From contig NC_043007.1 of assembly GCF_006345805.1 (NCBI RefSeq), positions 26,226,001 through 26,290,000 of the forward strand: DNA of 64,000 nucleotides, read 5' to 3'. The notes below the pieces were generated by a model, which was given only the letters and a program-made list of their open reading frames with translations, was not told where the DNA came from and did not search any database. Below are positions 11,311 to 24,647 of this stretch, piece by piece (the first letter of the stretch is position 1; each line of letters begins with the position of its first letter). A program made the position numbers and the translations under genes. This stretch comes from Octopus sinensis (taxonomy: Eukaryota).

Positions 11311-12035
11311 GGTATAAATGAGTAAGCCTAGAATATAAATACCACTTATAGCAGTGCTAAAGTATCTGATGTGGCGTAACGGCAGTTTTTTTCCCAATGT
11401 GCCAGGGACCGGTAATATTTCTTAGTAATATTAATTTATACCGGAAACAATATATATATAAAATTTGGTGAGTACCACGCCCCAGGGGCCAGCTGATAAG
11501 TTGTTTACTGCAGTGCATAATTCGAAAGTAATGAAATTATGCTGCTGTTTCTTTCTTTTCTGGAAACTCGCCGCGTACCGTAGCACTGGCTTATGGGACT
11601 CATAGATGCAAAGATCAAAATTGTCTAACTTCTTGAATCATTACCTTAATTAGTTTATGGCATTCACTTGAAGATCATGCAAGACGTCGGTCATATAATA
11701 AAAGAAAAAGACAAAAAAGAAAAAAAGAACAAACAAATTTAAAATCTGCTCAGGAAAGTAATATAGTTAAAAAGGGTCAGTTAGTAAAATAGCGTGGAAA
11801 AATAAGAACATTTACTCTTTGCTTCAATCATTTGACTGTGGCCATGCTGGAGCACCGCCTTTTAGTCGAGCAAATCGACCCCAGCACTTATTCTTTATCG
11901 ATCGCATTCTCACCTGGAATCGACTTATACACGCCCTGATACCGTCGGTATCTACATATCAAAGTTGAGCGCAATCGAATGGAGGATGCCCGAGATCCTA
12001 GAAGACACACACACAGACAGAACGGATTTTATGTA

Positions 12036-12066
<31 letters not shown>

Positions 12067-12071
<5 letters not shown>

Positions 12072-12377
12072 ACCGTGACTGACCAGTCTATCAGATGTTG
12101 CTACACATCGCTGGTTACAATGCGTTTCGCATTGTTTTAGCCTTCAAATGACGCCACTCCACTGGCTAAGCGGGCAGGCCAACAGAGGAAAGAGTGAGAG
12201 AAAGTTGTGGCGAAAGAGTACAGCAGGAACGGTCCCCCCCCCCGCCCCTGCCGGATCCGCGTGGAGCTTTAGGTGTTTTCGCTCAATAAACACTCACAAC
12301 GCCCAGTCTGGGAATCGAAACCGCGATCCTACGACCGCGAGTCCGCTGCCCTAACGACTGGGCCATTGCGTCTCCAC
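12067..12377 (-). mobile_element. SINE family C, tail type D
   Basis: Homologous to 3116-3418. Confidence 0.85.
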
Positions 12378-12578
12378 ACACACACACACACACAGACACA
12401 CACACACACACACGCACACACACATATATATATATAAATATATATATAAATACTTACTTACAGACTTACAGACTTACATACTTACTTACTTACAGACACA
12501 CACACACACACACACACACGTGTGTGTGTATGGAAAACTGTTTCAAAAGATGAATTTCTTTTTTGAATATATATATAA

Positions 12579-12632
<54 letters not shown>

Positions 12633-12861
12633 ACTATTATATATATTATATATATGATATATCATACACACACACCACACACGTATATATATATATACAT
12701 ATATAACGTATGAATTGATGATGAAACGTATACATATTAAACATGTACATATATAAATGTGTGTGTGTGTATACAAAAATATAGGCTTATGCAAACACAT
12801 ACAAACACATACACACGAGTACGCATCTAATAGATGTCAGAATAAAATTACTATTTAAAGT

Positions 12862-12903
<42 letters not shown>

Positions 12904-13345
12904 ACGCGGTTGACCAAAGTCGAGTAAACAACACGAACAAAAAAAAAAAAAAATCCAGACATGTCCGTTCGGTTTTCTTTCCTTCCTTCCTTCCTTCTCT
13001 GTCTGTTTGTTTCTTTCTTTCACTCTTTTCTTCTTTCATTGCTTTTCAATGCATTTTCGTTTTTGTTTCTCTTCCGCCATCATTAAAATTATTCGTGACG
13101 TCGGGTTACGACTGCTGTTGCTGGTTGCTTCCCCTCGTGATGTATATCTTCACATTACACCGATGACCTGCAGCAGCTATGAATTAAAACGAGGCTATTA
13201 AACACTAGACATATAACAGCGGTTAATAGTCAGTCTTCTTTCTTTGTTTTTTGTTTGTTTTTTTTGTCTCTTCCTTTATTTATTTCATAATGGTGGTAGT
13301 AGTGGTGGTGGTGGTGGTGGTGGTGGGGATGGTAGGATCTGAAGA

Positions 13346-13745
13346 TGGATGGAAGCACTCCGTCGGTTACGACGACGAGGGCTCCGGTTGATCCGAATCA
13401 ACGGAACAGCCTGCTCGTGAAATTAACGTGTAAGTGGCTGAGCACTCCACAGACATGCGTGTACCCTTAACGTAGTTCTCGGGGATATTCAGCGTGACAC
13501 AGAGAGTGACAAGGCCGGCCCTTTGAAATACAGGTACAACAGAAACAGGAAGTAAGAGTGAGAGAAAGTTGTGGTGAAAGAGTACAGCAGGGATCACCAC
13601 CATCCCCTGCTGGAGCCTCGTGGAGCTTTTAGGTGTTTTCGCTCAATAAACACTCACAACGCCCGGTCTGGGAATCGAAACCGCGATCCTATGACCGCGA
13701 GTCCGCTGCCCTAACCACTGGGCCACTGGGCCATTGCGCCTCCAC
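13346..13745 (-). mobile_element. SINE family C, tail type A, full length with 12-bp TSD
   Basis: TSD aggatctgaaga at 13334-13345 and 13746-13757. Confidence 0.9.
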
Positions 13746-14137
13746 AGGATCTGAAGAGGAGAGATGGACAATGTGTGTAGAATTATTTGCCGAATGCTTG
13801 GTCTTTTGTCGATATCAATGATGTTGGTATTGGTTGTACTGATACTCTTTTTTACTTACCTGTTTCAGTCATTTGACTGCGGTCATGCTGGAGCACCGCC
13901 TTCAGTCAAGCAAATCGACCCCAGGACTTATTCTTTCTAAGCCTAGTACTTATTCTATCGGTTTCTTTTGCCGAACCGCTAAGTTACGGAGACGTAAACA
14001 CACCAGCATCGGTTGTCAAGTGATAACTGAGGTTGATGTTATTGAGTAACCTCGTTCCTTTACATTTGTTGATAATGTACCCCAATAAGAGGCAAATAAG
14101 TGGATTATAGCCTTAGCTTTTTTTAAAGATTGTACAG

Positions 14138-14528
14138 GCGCAGGAGTGGCTGTGTGGTAAGTAGCTTGCTTACCAACGACATGGTTCCGGGTTCAGTCCC
14201 ACTGCGTGGCACCTTGGGCAAGTGTCTTCTACTATAGCCTCGGGCCGACCAATGCCTTGTGAGTGGATTTGGTAGACGGAAACTGAAAGAAGCCCGTCGT
14301 ATATATGTATATATATGTATGCGTGTGTGTGTTTGTCCCCCTAGCATTGCTTGACAACCGATGCTGGTGTGTTTATGTCCCCGTTACTTAGCGGTTCGGC
14401 AAAAGAGACCGATAGAATAAGTACTGGGCTTACAAAAGAATAAGTCCCGGGGTCGAGTTGCTCGATCAAAGGCGGTGCTCCATCATGGCCGCAGTCAAAT
14501 GACTGAAACAAGTAAAAGAGTAAAAGAG
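14138..14528 (+). mobile_element. SINE family A, full length
   Basis: Matches the family A consensus; a minus-strand 3' partial copy lies at ~13850-14022. Confidence 0.9.
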
Positions 14529-15388
14529 GGCAATTTGAGAGGAAATCGGTTGCTATTTCTAGCAGGTTACAGTAGTCTGGAGGGGATTTCATGTTGACTC
14601 ATATTAGTAGTAGCAGTTGTATAGTTGTTATTACTAGAGGAAACAACTTACAGGATCCAAGAGGACAGGGAGATAAAGCGATTTTCATTGTGGAAGCATT
14701 AAGTGGTATATATGAGTAAGCCTATGCTTCGTCGATGAGGTCTTATAACACCGGAACACGCATGGGTTTAGTTTTTCACCGTACTTGGCGAAGCTTAAAC
14801 TCAATCCTAACTGGATTGTTAGTATTTGGCTTATCTAAATATCAAAATTGTTTACGTCGTTCTTCTTAACCAGAATTAATAATACAGCAATTATTAATTG
14901 CTAAGATTCATGCTGAAACTCACAACGGTCGTAGGAGGGGGGGGAATTTTTGCTAATTAATTAATTATTTTAGACTCACGTTATTAAGAATGTTAACTCG
15001 TCCACTTAGCTACGTCATCGAACGTGACACTTTACAAGACGGTAGAACCTGATTTGATGCAGATTTGGCTATTATTTCTAGCAGGTCGAATAGCCTCTTA
15101 CAGATTTTCATAATGGCTCGAATTCCTTCGTTAGCTCGTTGTTTTCTGTGGTGGAGGTGGTGGTTATTATTGTTCGTATCGTTTAGCGAGAGGTAAGCCT
15201 TGTTCTTGTAGACCTGTAATGCAAAGCAATGCAACCGTTACAACGCGTTCTTTTTTTCCTATGTTCAGAGAACAAAACCTAGAACTATATCATATAACGT
15301 TGATCACAACAGAGCGACGGAATTGGCGAAACCATTAGAACATCAAATAAAATACCTTACGATAGCTTTTCGAGCTCTTTACGTTCTG

Positions 15389-15708
15389 AATAAATGTTCC
15401 CGTTTCACATAAAATATTTCTCTCTTTTACTTGGTTCTTGATCGGTCGAAACGTTTAATATTTCTCATTTGCAATAACAACCTCATATTTTCCAAGCTCA
15501 CGACCGAACTTCTATGTGGTCGACCAGTCTGTTAGAAAGAACAACTGAATCTTCCTCGAAGCCATGCTGTCATAGAAGAAGGACACGTTGTACCATGTAT
15601 TTCCAGATTTCTAGCAAACTGGAAGTATTCATTTCCACTAAAGGCACAAGGCCTGAAATTTTGAGGGAGGGTATATATATATATGCGTGTGTGTGTGTGT
15701 GTGTAGAT
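15389..15708 (+). repeat. Left arm of a local inverted duplication (partner 17229-17617)
   Basis: aataaatg...gagggagggta(ta)n gcg(tg)n tagat is the reverse complement of 17229-17617. Confidence 0.9.
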
Positions 15709-15971
15709 ACCACCAGTATCATTTTTTACTTTCATTTCTCCGGGTTCGAAAAGAATGTCCAAAAAGGAAAATCAAATGAATAAATAAATAATTAAAGAAT
15801 TTAATTAATAAAAGCAAATAGGTGTAGACATGGTTCTGTGATTAAGAAGCTTATTTTCCAACCTTATAGTTTCAAGTTCAGTCGTAATGAGCAGCTCTTT
15901 GGGTGAGTATCTTCTGCTATAAGTCCTGTGCCAACCAACGGGTTGTAAATGAATTTGGCAGACTAAAACTT

Positions 15972-16372
15972 GTTTCTTTATTGCCCACAAGGGGCTAAAC
16001 ATAGAGGGGACAAACAAAGGAATCAAGTCGATTACATTCGACCCCAGTGCATAACTGGTACTTATTTATCGACCTCGAAAGGATGAAAGGCTAAGTCGAC
16101 CTCGGCGGAATTTGAACTCAGAACTTAAAGAGAGAAGAAATACCTATTTCTTTTACTACCCACAAGGGGCTAAACACAGAGGGGACAAACAAGGACAAAC
16201 AAACGTATTAAGTCGATTATATCGACCCCAGTGCATAACGGGTACTTGATTTATCGACCTCGAAAGATGAAAGGCAAAGTCGATCTCAGCGGAATTTGAC
16301 TCAGAACGTAGCGGCAGACGAAAAACTGATAAGCATTTCGCCCGGCGTGCTAACGATTCTGCCAGCTCGCCT
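15972..16372 (-). mobile_element. SINE family B with duplicated 3' module
   Basis: Family B consensus on the minus strand. Confidence 0.85.
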
Positions 16373-16610
16373 CACTGGAGCTTAATCGATCTCTCCCCCA
16401 AATATCTGATTATGTGACAATATGAAAAATTATTACATAGTTCTTGGTATTGGTAATATTAATAGTACTTGTTCTGATGGACATTGTTCTCGTTCTCATT
16501 ACTGCTATTGTTCCCTGCGTCTTTCTAGGAATAGCATTCATAAATCAGTATTCACTCTCTGTTGCATTCAGTGACACCTTAGTGATGGCCGATTTAGTGA
16601 ACCGAGAAAT

Positions 16611-16706
16611 TTCCTTCCGGAAAGCCACGTGACATTCTTCAGTGAAATTACAAGTCTATTTATAAAATTCGTCTTCCGGTCGAAAGGTCATAGGAATCTA
16701 TGACGT
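16611..16706. promoter_or_regulatory. Promoter-like motif cluster (ETS CCGGAA, E-box CACGTGAC, TATAAAA, AAAGGTCA, TGACGT)
   Basis: Motifs at 16617, 16626, 16661, 16675, 16683 and 16701 within non-repetitive sequence; short motifs, so function is inference. Confidence 0.25.
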
Positions 16707-16983
16707 TCACAATGATGTGTCTCAATGTCGCAGTGTATCAATGTTTCCATGCTTCGGTGAATGGGATTGTAATATCTCGTCTTGTCTTATCTTGTCTGCT
16801 TCTCTGCGCACAACATGGATATCGGCCTTTTATAAAGCGTAATTATGTCTCTGTTACTTAAATAACTCCCTGGACTCTGGTCAGTTTGAAGCTAACGTGT
16901 GTGTGTCTCTGTGTGTATGAATGTGCTTGCGTGTGTACGTATATGTGTGTGTGTATATATATATACATATATATATATATATG

Positions 16984-17047
<64 letters not shown>

Positions 17048-17228
17048 GAGACAGAGAGATAGATAGATAGATAGATATAGATATGTGTGTGTGTTTGTGT
17101 GTGTGTGTCTGTGTATAATGCATGTATGCATGTATGTACGTGTTTATGAAAACAAGCATCCATTCTATGTATGAATCTAAATAAATATATACGCATATAT
17201 GTGTATATATGTATGTGTACATATTTAT

Positions 17229-17275
17229 ATCTACACACACACGCATATATATATATATATTATATATATATATAT

Positions 17276-17333
<58 letters not shown>

Positions 17334-17617
17334 CTCCCTCAAAATTTCAGGCCTTGTGCCTTTAGTGGAAATGAATACTTCCAGTTTGCTAGAAATCTGG
17401 AAATACATGGTACAACGTGTCCTTCTTCTATGACAGCATGGCTTCGAGGAAGATTCAGTTGTTCTTTCTAGCAGACTGGTCGACCACATAGAAGTTCCCC
17501 TCGTGGGCTTGGAAAATATGAGGTTGTTATTGCAAATGAGAAATATTAAACGTTTCGACCGATCAAGAACCAAGTAGAAGACAGAAATATTTTATGTGAA
17601 AAATGGGTACATTTATT
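17229..17617 (-). repeat. Right arm of the local inverted duplication
   Basis: See 15389-15708; the internal (TA)n is about 70 bp longer. Confidence 0.9.
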
Positions 17618-17659
17618 TTTTTAAATTGTTTGAAATGTTTATGAAGTAAAATACGAGAA

Positions 17660-17859
17660 ACAGGAAACCACAACAACTACAACTACAACAACAGTAACAA
17701 CAACAACAACAACAATATGAAGCACTATCTCCACCGCCACCACCACTACCACTACCAACAACAACACTAGCAGCATTGTAGCTACATTATCCACCATCAT
17801 TATCACGAAATCAACATGAAATACTACCACGAAAACAACCCCTATTTCTGCTGCTGCTG

Positions 17860-17894
<35 letters not shown>

Positions 17895-17905
17895 GCAACT
17901 GCTGT

Positions 17906-17941
<36 letters not shown>

Positions 17942-17968
17942 AACTACTACTACTACTACCACTGCTGT

Positions 17969-18003
<35 letters not shown>

Positions 18004-18570
18004 ATGCTGCTGCTGTCATAATGACAGCATGAAACACCACCAACCACCGCCAACACTATCAGCACTCCAACCACCACCACCATCGTCACCACTACTACTA
18101 TTGCTGCAGTTGCTACTACTACTACTACTATTACCGCTACGACCAATACTGCTGCTACTACCATAATAACAACAGGAAACACCACCAACACTACCACCAT
18201 TACCACCTCTACAACCACTAACACCACCACCACTACTACTGCTGCTGCTGCTACTAATACAACTTCTACTACTACTACTACTACTACTACTACTAATACT
18301 AATACTATGACTCCTACTATAATAACATGAATCAACACCAACAACAACAAATAGCATCTGTACCACCATCAATACCACCACCACCACCACTGCTGTTGCC
18401 ATAATTTTATTATCACCCCGTTAATATAAACTACTACCACGACCACCACGACAACAACAACAACATCAATCACCATGACCATATTGACATGATCTCCCAC
18501 TATCACCACCTCCCACCAAATAACAGCAGTGATATACTTTTGTACTGCAGGCACGTCGACCCCACTCGCA

Positions 18571-18618
<48 letters not shown>

Positions 18619-18640
18619 TAATAATATAATAATAACAACA
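17660..18640. repeat. (CAA)/(TAC)/(CAC)/(TAA) compound trinucleotide microsatellites
   Basis: Direct reading. Confidence 0.9.
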
Positions 18641-18642
18641 TA

Positions 18643-19020
18643 GGCGCAGTAGTGGCTGTGTGGTAAGTAGCTTGCTAACCAGCCACATGGTTCCGGGTTC
18701 AGTCCCACTGCGTGGCACCTTGGGCAAGTGTCTTCTGCTATAGCCCCGGGCCGACCAATGCCTTGTGAGTGGATTTGGAAAGAAGCCTGTCGTATATATG
18801 TATATATATGTATGTGTGCGTGTGTGTCTGTCCCCCTAGCATTGCTTGACAACCGATGCTAGTGTGTTTACGTCCCCGTCACTTAGCGGTTCGGCAAAGA
18901 GACTGATAGAATAAGTACTGGGCTTACAAAGAATAAGTCCTGGGGGTCGATTTGCTCGACTAAAGGCGGTGCTCCAGCATGGCCGCAGTCAAAATGACTG
19001 AAACAAGTAAACGAGTAAAA
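18643..19020 (+). mobile_element. SINE family A
   Basis: Matches the family A consensus; two minus-strand family B units follow at ~19046-19442. Confidence 0.9.
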
Positions 19021-20054
19021 GTGTAACAACAGCAACAATAATAATAAGCCTTTCTACTATAGGCAAAAGATCTGAAATTTGAGCCTATTCAATTATATCG
19101 ACCCCAGTGTTTCACTGGTACTTATTTAATCGACCTCGAAAGGAGGAAAGGCAAAGTCGACCTCGACGGAATTTGAACTCAGAACGTTGCCAAGCATTTC
19201 GCCCGACGTGCTAACGATTCTACCAGCTCTCCGCCTTCGGTGGTTTCAAATTTTTTAAGGCTAGTAATTTCTGGTGGAGATGGTAAGTCGATTACATCGA
19301 CCCCAGTGTTAAACAGGTACTTATTCTATTGAGCCTGAGAGGATGAAAGACAAATCCGAGCCCAGCGATATTTGAACTCAGAATACAAAGCGGACGAAAT
19401 GCCGCTAAGCAATTTGTTCGGCGTGCTAACGATTCTGCCAGCATTCCTCCCTAACAATAACAGCAGTAAAATGATGATCTAACGCCATTAGCAACACAAC
19501 ACACATCAATAGCAACATTGAAAGCAACGCCGCCGAAAAACCACTAAAATTCTACAAGATCGCTCTGATCTGCTAGAAATATCAGCTAAATATCCTTCAG
19601 ATAGTGTTTTACCATTTTAAAAACAAGATCGCGTTAGATAATAACATCGCCCTTGTTACTTGAAATGAAGTGATGGGATGGGATGATCACGACAAGAAGC
19701 CCTTTGATCAAAAGTCGGCTCCGATGCGATGGGGGTGGGGCTGGATTGTGGAGTGATGAATCAACAACGACGAAAACGACAATGAGAATAAGATACCACC
19801 AAAATTATTAATATCACCAGAAAAGCAAATGAAAACATCAACGCGGAACCACCACTATCATCATCATCATCATCTTCATCACTAGTACCACCATCATCAT
19901 TAGATTAAGTTCGTCGTCGTCATCGTCATTGTTGTTGTCATCGCTCTCATCATCCTCATTATCGTCATCACCAGCACCAAGGAAAAAGACCATCATCGTC
20001 ATTATCATCATCTCGTCGTCGTCGTCGTCGTTGTTGTTGTTGTTCTTCTTCTTC

Positions 20055-20086
<32 letters not shown>

Positions 20087-20140
20087 CTTCTTCTTCTTCT
20101 TCTTTTTCTTCTTCTTCTTTTTCTTCTTCTTCTTCTTCTT

Positions 20141-20814
20141 CCAATCAGGACTCACGCCATTAGCCACAAAGAATAAGCTCTATTTCGAGCCTACTCTTAT
20201 TTCTTTACTGCCCACAAGGGGCTACAGACAGAGTGGAACAAACAAGGACAGGCAAACGGATTAAGTCGATTATATCGACCCCAGTGCGAAACTGGTACTT
20301 ATTTAATCGACTCCGAAAAGATGAATGGCAAAGTCAGCCTCGGCGGAATTTGAACTCAGAACGTAGCGGCAGACGAAATAATTCGCTACTAAGCTACTAA
20401 GAATGCGCGGGGCAACTTGAAGATCCACCCACCTCACGCGATAGACTGGCGGTTGCACGGGCGCGAAAGTTACGTTGTTATCCTCATTCTGTAAACGGTG
20501 GATTTTAACGGGTGGAGAGCTGAACCATCCTGGGGTACAGAGGATTCGCAATCTAGACTAGGGTCTGAAAGTTTTACCACACCATAGTGGGTGACACCAT
20601 GGTTCCTCTGCTTTGTGGCAGAAGTAGGAAGAAAGAGTGAGAGAAAGTTGTGGTGTAAGAGTACAGCGGGGTTCACCACCCTCCCTCGCCGGGGCCTCGT
20701 GGAGCTTAGGTGGTTTTGCTCAATAAACACTCACAATGCCCGGTCTGGGAATCGAAACCGCCTTCTTACGACCGCGAGTCCGCTGCCCTAACCACTGGGC
20801 CATTGTGCTTCCAC
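20141..20814 (-). mobile_element. SINE family C, tail type B ending in (GAA)n, with a family B SINE nested at ~20190-20382
   Basis: Colinear with 33683-34134 except for the nested insertion. Confidence 0.85.
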
Positions 20815-21508
20815 CGTCGTTATTGTTGTCGCCATCATCATCATCATTAATATCGTCGTCATTGTAATGGTCACCACCACCGCACCGCAATCACCAACCA
20901 CTTCATTCTCATCACCATCATCACCATCAACATCATCAACATCAACATCATCACCACCACCATCACTACCACCATTATCACCCTTATCCTCACTCTCCAT
21001 CATGATTTTCATCAGCTCCGTCACAACTACCCACCTCCCTACCTAGCTACCTACTACCACAACCATTTCCACCATCACCACCACCACCACCACACCACCA
21101 CCACCACCACCACCACCACCATCACCGCCACCACCACCGCCGCCGCCACCGCTGCCGCCACCACAGATAACAGTAACGACGAGCTAGGACTCGTATAGTT
21201 AGTTTTTTTAAGGGCGTTAGGACACAGAATTAGTAAACAGGAATAGGTCACTTAAGAACCGCTCCCTTTTAAAAGCCTCCAATTACTGCTCTATTAACCT
21301 TAATTGACCAATCCGAGCCACTTGTCTCTTGTCTTCCCACCATACACTCTTCTCACAATGTTTACGATGATGTGACAAAATGGATTCCAACACGTGTCAA
21401 TGTCAAGTATTTTATTCGAATGTCGTGTCTCACGAAAAAATTGATAAACTTAACGACACAGCTGTGAGAATTGTGCGTGAGAGCGAGGATAGTAGTATTT
21501 GTGCAAGT

Positions 21509-21557
<49 letters not shown>

Positions 21558-21655
21558 GTTTGTTTGCGTGTGTCTGTGCATGCATGCATTCGTGCATGTG
21601 TGCTTGTGTGTATGTACGAGCTCTTGATGGTAAAGTGGTTGTCACTTCCTTGTAG

Positions 21656-21699
<44 letters not shown>

Positions 21700-21859
21700 A
21701 TCTATCTATCTATCTATCTATCTATCTCTCTCTCTCTATCTATCTATCTATTTATCTTTCACAGTCTCTTTCTCTCACTCTCTCTATTCTATACGTGTAT
21801 GTGTGTATGCGCATATTTGTGCATAGATATAGATAGATAGATAGATAGATAGATAGATC

Positions 21860-21927
<68 letters not shown>

Positions 21928-21944
21928 TAAATACAATGCAAATG

Positions 21945-23711
21945 CGACATGGACGTCCGTAAACGGTACACATATTGTCCTGGGTCAGGAAAGTCTTGTG
22001 ATAAAACAGGTTCGATCATCTGCTCAGGTAAGGTGAATGCTGTGCCATAGACAAGTTCAGCCGGAGTATATCCAAAATCCACCTTAACCGTGAATCGAAT
22101 ACCAAGGAGGATGAGAGGGAGATGTTCCAGCCACTGAGAACTGTCTGAAGATGCTTTTATAGATGCCTTGAGTTGGCGGTGAAAACGTTCGACCATGCCA
22201 TTTGCTGCAGGGTGGTAAGCCGCAGTGCGGGTGTGTTTACACCCGATGAGACGAGTCAGCTCGGTAAAAGAGGTGGGAATCGAACTGACGTCCTCTACCG
22301 GTGGTGATTGTTCCGGGTGTGCCAAAACTCGAAACCTATTGTGCTATCAACGTTTTGGCGACCGTTTCTGCCGATGTATCAGATAAGGGCCAAGCTTCGG
22401 ACCACCGCGATATACGATCCACCCAGATAAGCAAATGTGTATAATTCTGCGAAGGTGGCAGAGGTACCACAATGTCAATGTGAACGTGCTGGAATCGTGC
22501 GTCGGGTTGCGAAAAGGAACCGATTGGTGAATAATGGACACAGCACTTGGTCCATTTTCTGATATCCTTGTTGATACTGGTCCATACAAAACGGGTCGAT
22601 ATCAACTTTTGAGTGGAGCGAATACCAGGATGTGATAGAGAATGTATAGCAGAGAAAACTTCTCGACGATGTTTCTGTGGTATATAAGGGCGTTGGTGAC
22701 CGGTGAAGATATCACACCAAATATGGGCCGTGGACGATGGTAGCGGAACATGCTGAAATTTCAGAGATGACGAATTCCGGAGCTTTAGAAGTTCTTCGTC
22801 CTTCTCCTGGTCAGCTGCTACACGTGCCAGAACAATTGTAGCCGTGGTGTGGATAGCATTGATCTGCGTGCATGAAAGTGCATCGGCTGCTAAGCTGGTT
22901 GTCCCTTTGATGTGGCGTATATCTGTCGTATACTGTGATATGAAGTTGAGGTGACGAATTTCTCTCGGCGAGTGGCGATCTGGCTTGGTATTAAATGCAT
23001 AAACCACTGACCATTGGTCGGTGTATATGGCAAAATTGGTACCTTCTAGCATGTGACGGAAGTGCTTAACGGCCAGGTATGCCGCTAATAATTCCCGACT
23101 GAATGAATGTGATGTATTTGGTTTCCGCGAGTTTTAACCGCTTAGAAAAGAAGGACAACGGTTGCCATATGCCGTCAACAAACTGCTGTAGTACACCTCC
23201 AACTCTGGAATCGGATGCATCAATGAGTAAACGCCGTGGGGCGTCTGGTTTTGGATAAACCAGCATGGTAGCGTCGGATAACGCTTTTTTCAGGGCTGCG
23301 AAAGAGGCGAGTTGATCTTCGTTCAGGACAATTTCCGTATCTTTGCAAGTTCGCTGACGTAGCAAATCCGTGAGCAGTTGCGCTATCTCAGTGAGGTGGG
23401 CTACGAACCTTCGATAGAAATCCACTAGGCCGAGATATTCCCTTAATTTGCGGAGAGATGTGGGTGTTGGAAAATCCTGGATGGCCTTGACATTCTCGGG
23501 AATGTCCGAGAAAATGAAGGGAAGCAACTCCGAGCATTTGCTGGGGCTGATAACAACACCGCATTTGCGGAGGCGTCCAAATAGCAGGGACAGGTGTTGG
23601 TGATGTTCCTCGTCCGAGCTACTCGCCACGAGTATGTCGTCTATGTAGGCATAGACGAAAGGCAGACCTCTAGTAACCATGTCGATAAACCTTTGGAATG
23701 TCTGTGCAGCG
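21945..23711 (-). mobile_element. Ty3/Gypsy LTR-retrotransposon pol fragment (RT, RNase H, integrase), frameshifted, no LTRs
   Basis: ORFs 23066-23680 (AYIDDILV; IDASD...GGVLQQ), 22336-23052 (HSLSHPG; HVHIDIV) and 21789-22325 (YHPAANGMVERFHRQLK); AAQTFQRFID read upstream; RT-RH-INT order is Gypsy-type. Confidence 0.95.
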
Positions 23712-23889
23712 TACAGCTAAATATCCATTAGAAAGAAGAAAAAGCAGTATAAAGAAGAGAAAAACACCCAATTTCAACACAAAAAACAATAATATTTTAG
23801 TAACAATCTTCCTACATATTTTCCTATATATTTTTTTCCTGCGTGGAAACACCACTCCCTCTTTTGTTATATATATAATTATATATATA

Positions 23890-24033
23890 CAACAAAATAT
23901 TAAGGAATGACCCTGAGAAGGTCGTTCGACTCACTTGAAAAGAGCAGCTAAAACTCAGAACCGCAAAAAACTTAGCTGCTCTTTTCAAGTGAGTCGAACG
24001 ACCTTCTCAGGGTCATTCCTTAATATTTTGTTG
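23890..24033. repeat. Perfect hairpin, 62-bp arms and 20-nt loop (MITE-like)
   Basis: caacaaaatattaagg...gagcagctaa (23890-23951) is the exact reverse complement of 23972-24033. Confidence 0.95.
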
Positions 24034-24129
24034 AATGTATCATATAGTCTGTGACTCTTTCTATTTTCTCACTTGACCGCTGGTGGCAGAAAATTTTCTT
24101 GAACTTTTTGTTACCCTTATATTGATTGA

Positions 24130-24161
<32 letters not shown>

Positions 24162-24243
24162 GCTTTCAACATGTGACCTCGTGAGCACCGCCAGCAATTT
24201 TTTTTCCTCTGTCTTCCCTTCTCGGGATCTTTCCTTCTCCTTT

Positions 24244-24278
24244 GTTTCCGACGAAGAGCTCCGCTCGAAACGTTAAAC
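24244..24278 (+). ncRNA. Minimal type I hammerhead-like motif (Penelope-type) in a TA-flanked repeat
   Basis: GTTT-CCGACGA-A-GAGC tcc GCTC-GAAA-CGTT-AAAC; core has a U4C change; palindromic stem III AACGTT. Confidence 0.5.
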
Positions 24279-24384
24279 CCTCCTTCTTCCCTTCTTTCCT
24301 GAGCGTCCAATAATACTTTATTTGTTCCACGTCCTCGCGTTGCTGTGTTTTTTTTTGTGTTTTTGGATTAACTTTACATATATA

Positions 24385-24425
<41 letters not shown>

Positions 24426-24600
24426 TATACATATATATGCATGCACACAAACATACACGTTTATATACATATATGTGTAACTATATTTGCAAATGTACAT
24501 AAATATATGCGTGTGTGTGTGTGTGCGTGTGTGTGTGTGAGTTTGTTCATATATACATATATAATATCTATATATATAGCTATCTACCCATATATATTTA

Positions 24601-24647
<47 letters not shown>

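Noticed and set aside
11540-11640. STGLWDS peptide resembling the claudin GLW motif
   Set aside because: Immediately followed by a stop, lies downstream of the TM2 exon and has no good splice context
15193-15268. 76-nt intron-like segment with strong splice signals
   Set aside because: Flanking sequence gives no recognisable coding frame and runs into a degenerate SINE head
16444-16632. Hydrophobic 62-aa ORF
   Set aside because: TTG start, no recognisable family and no supporting splice donor
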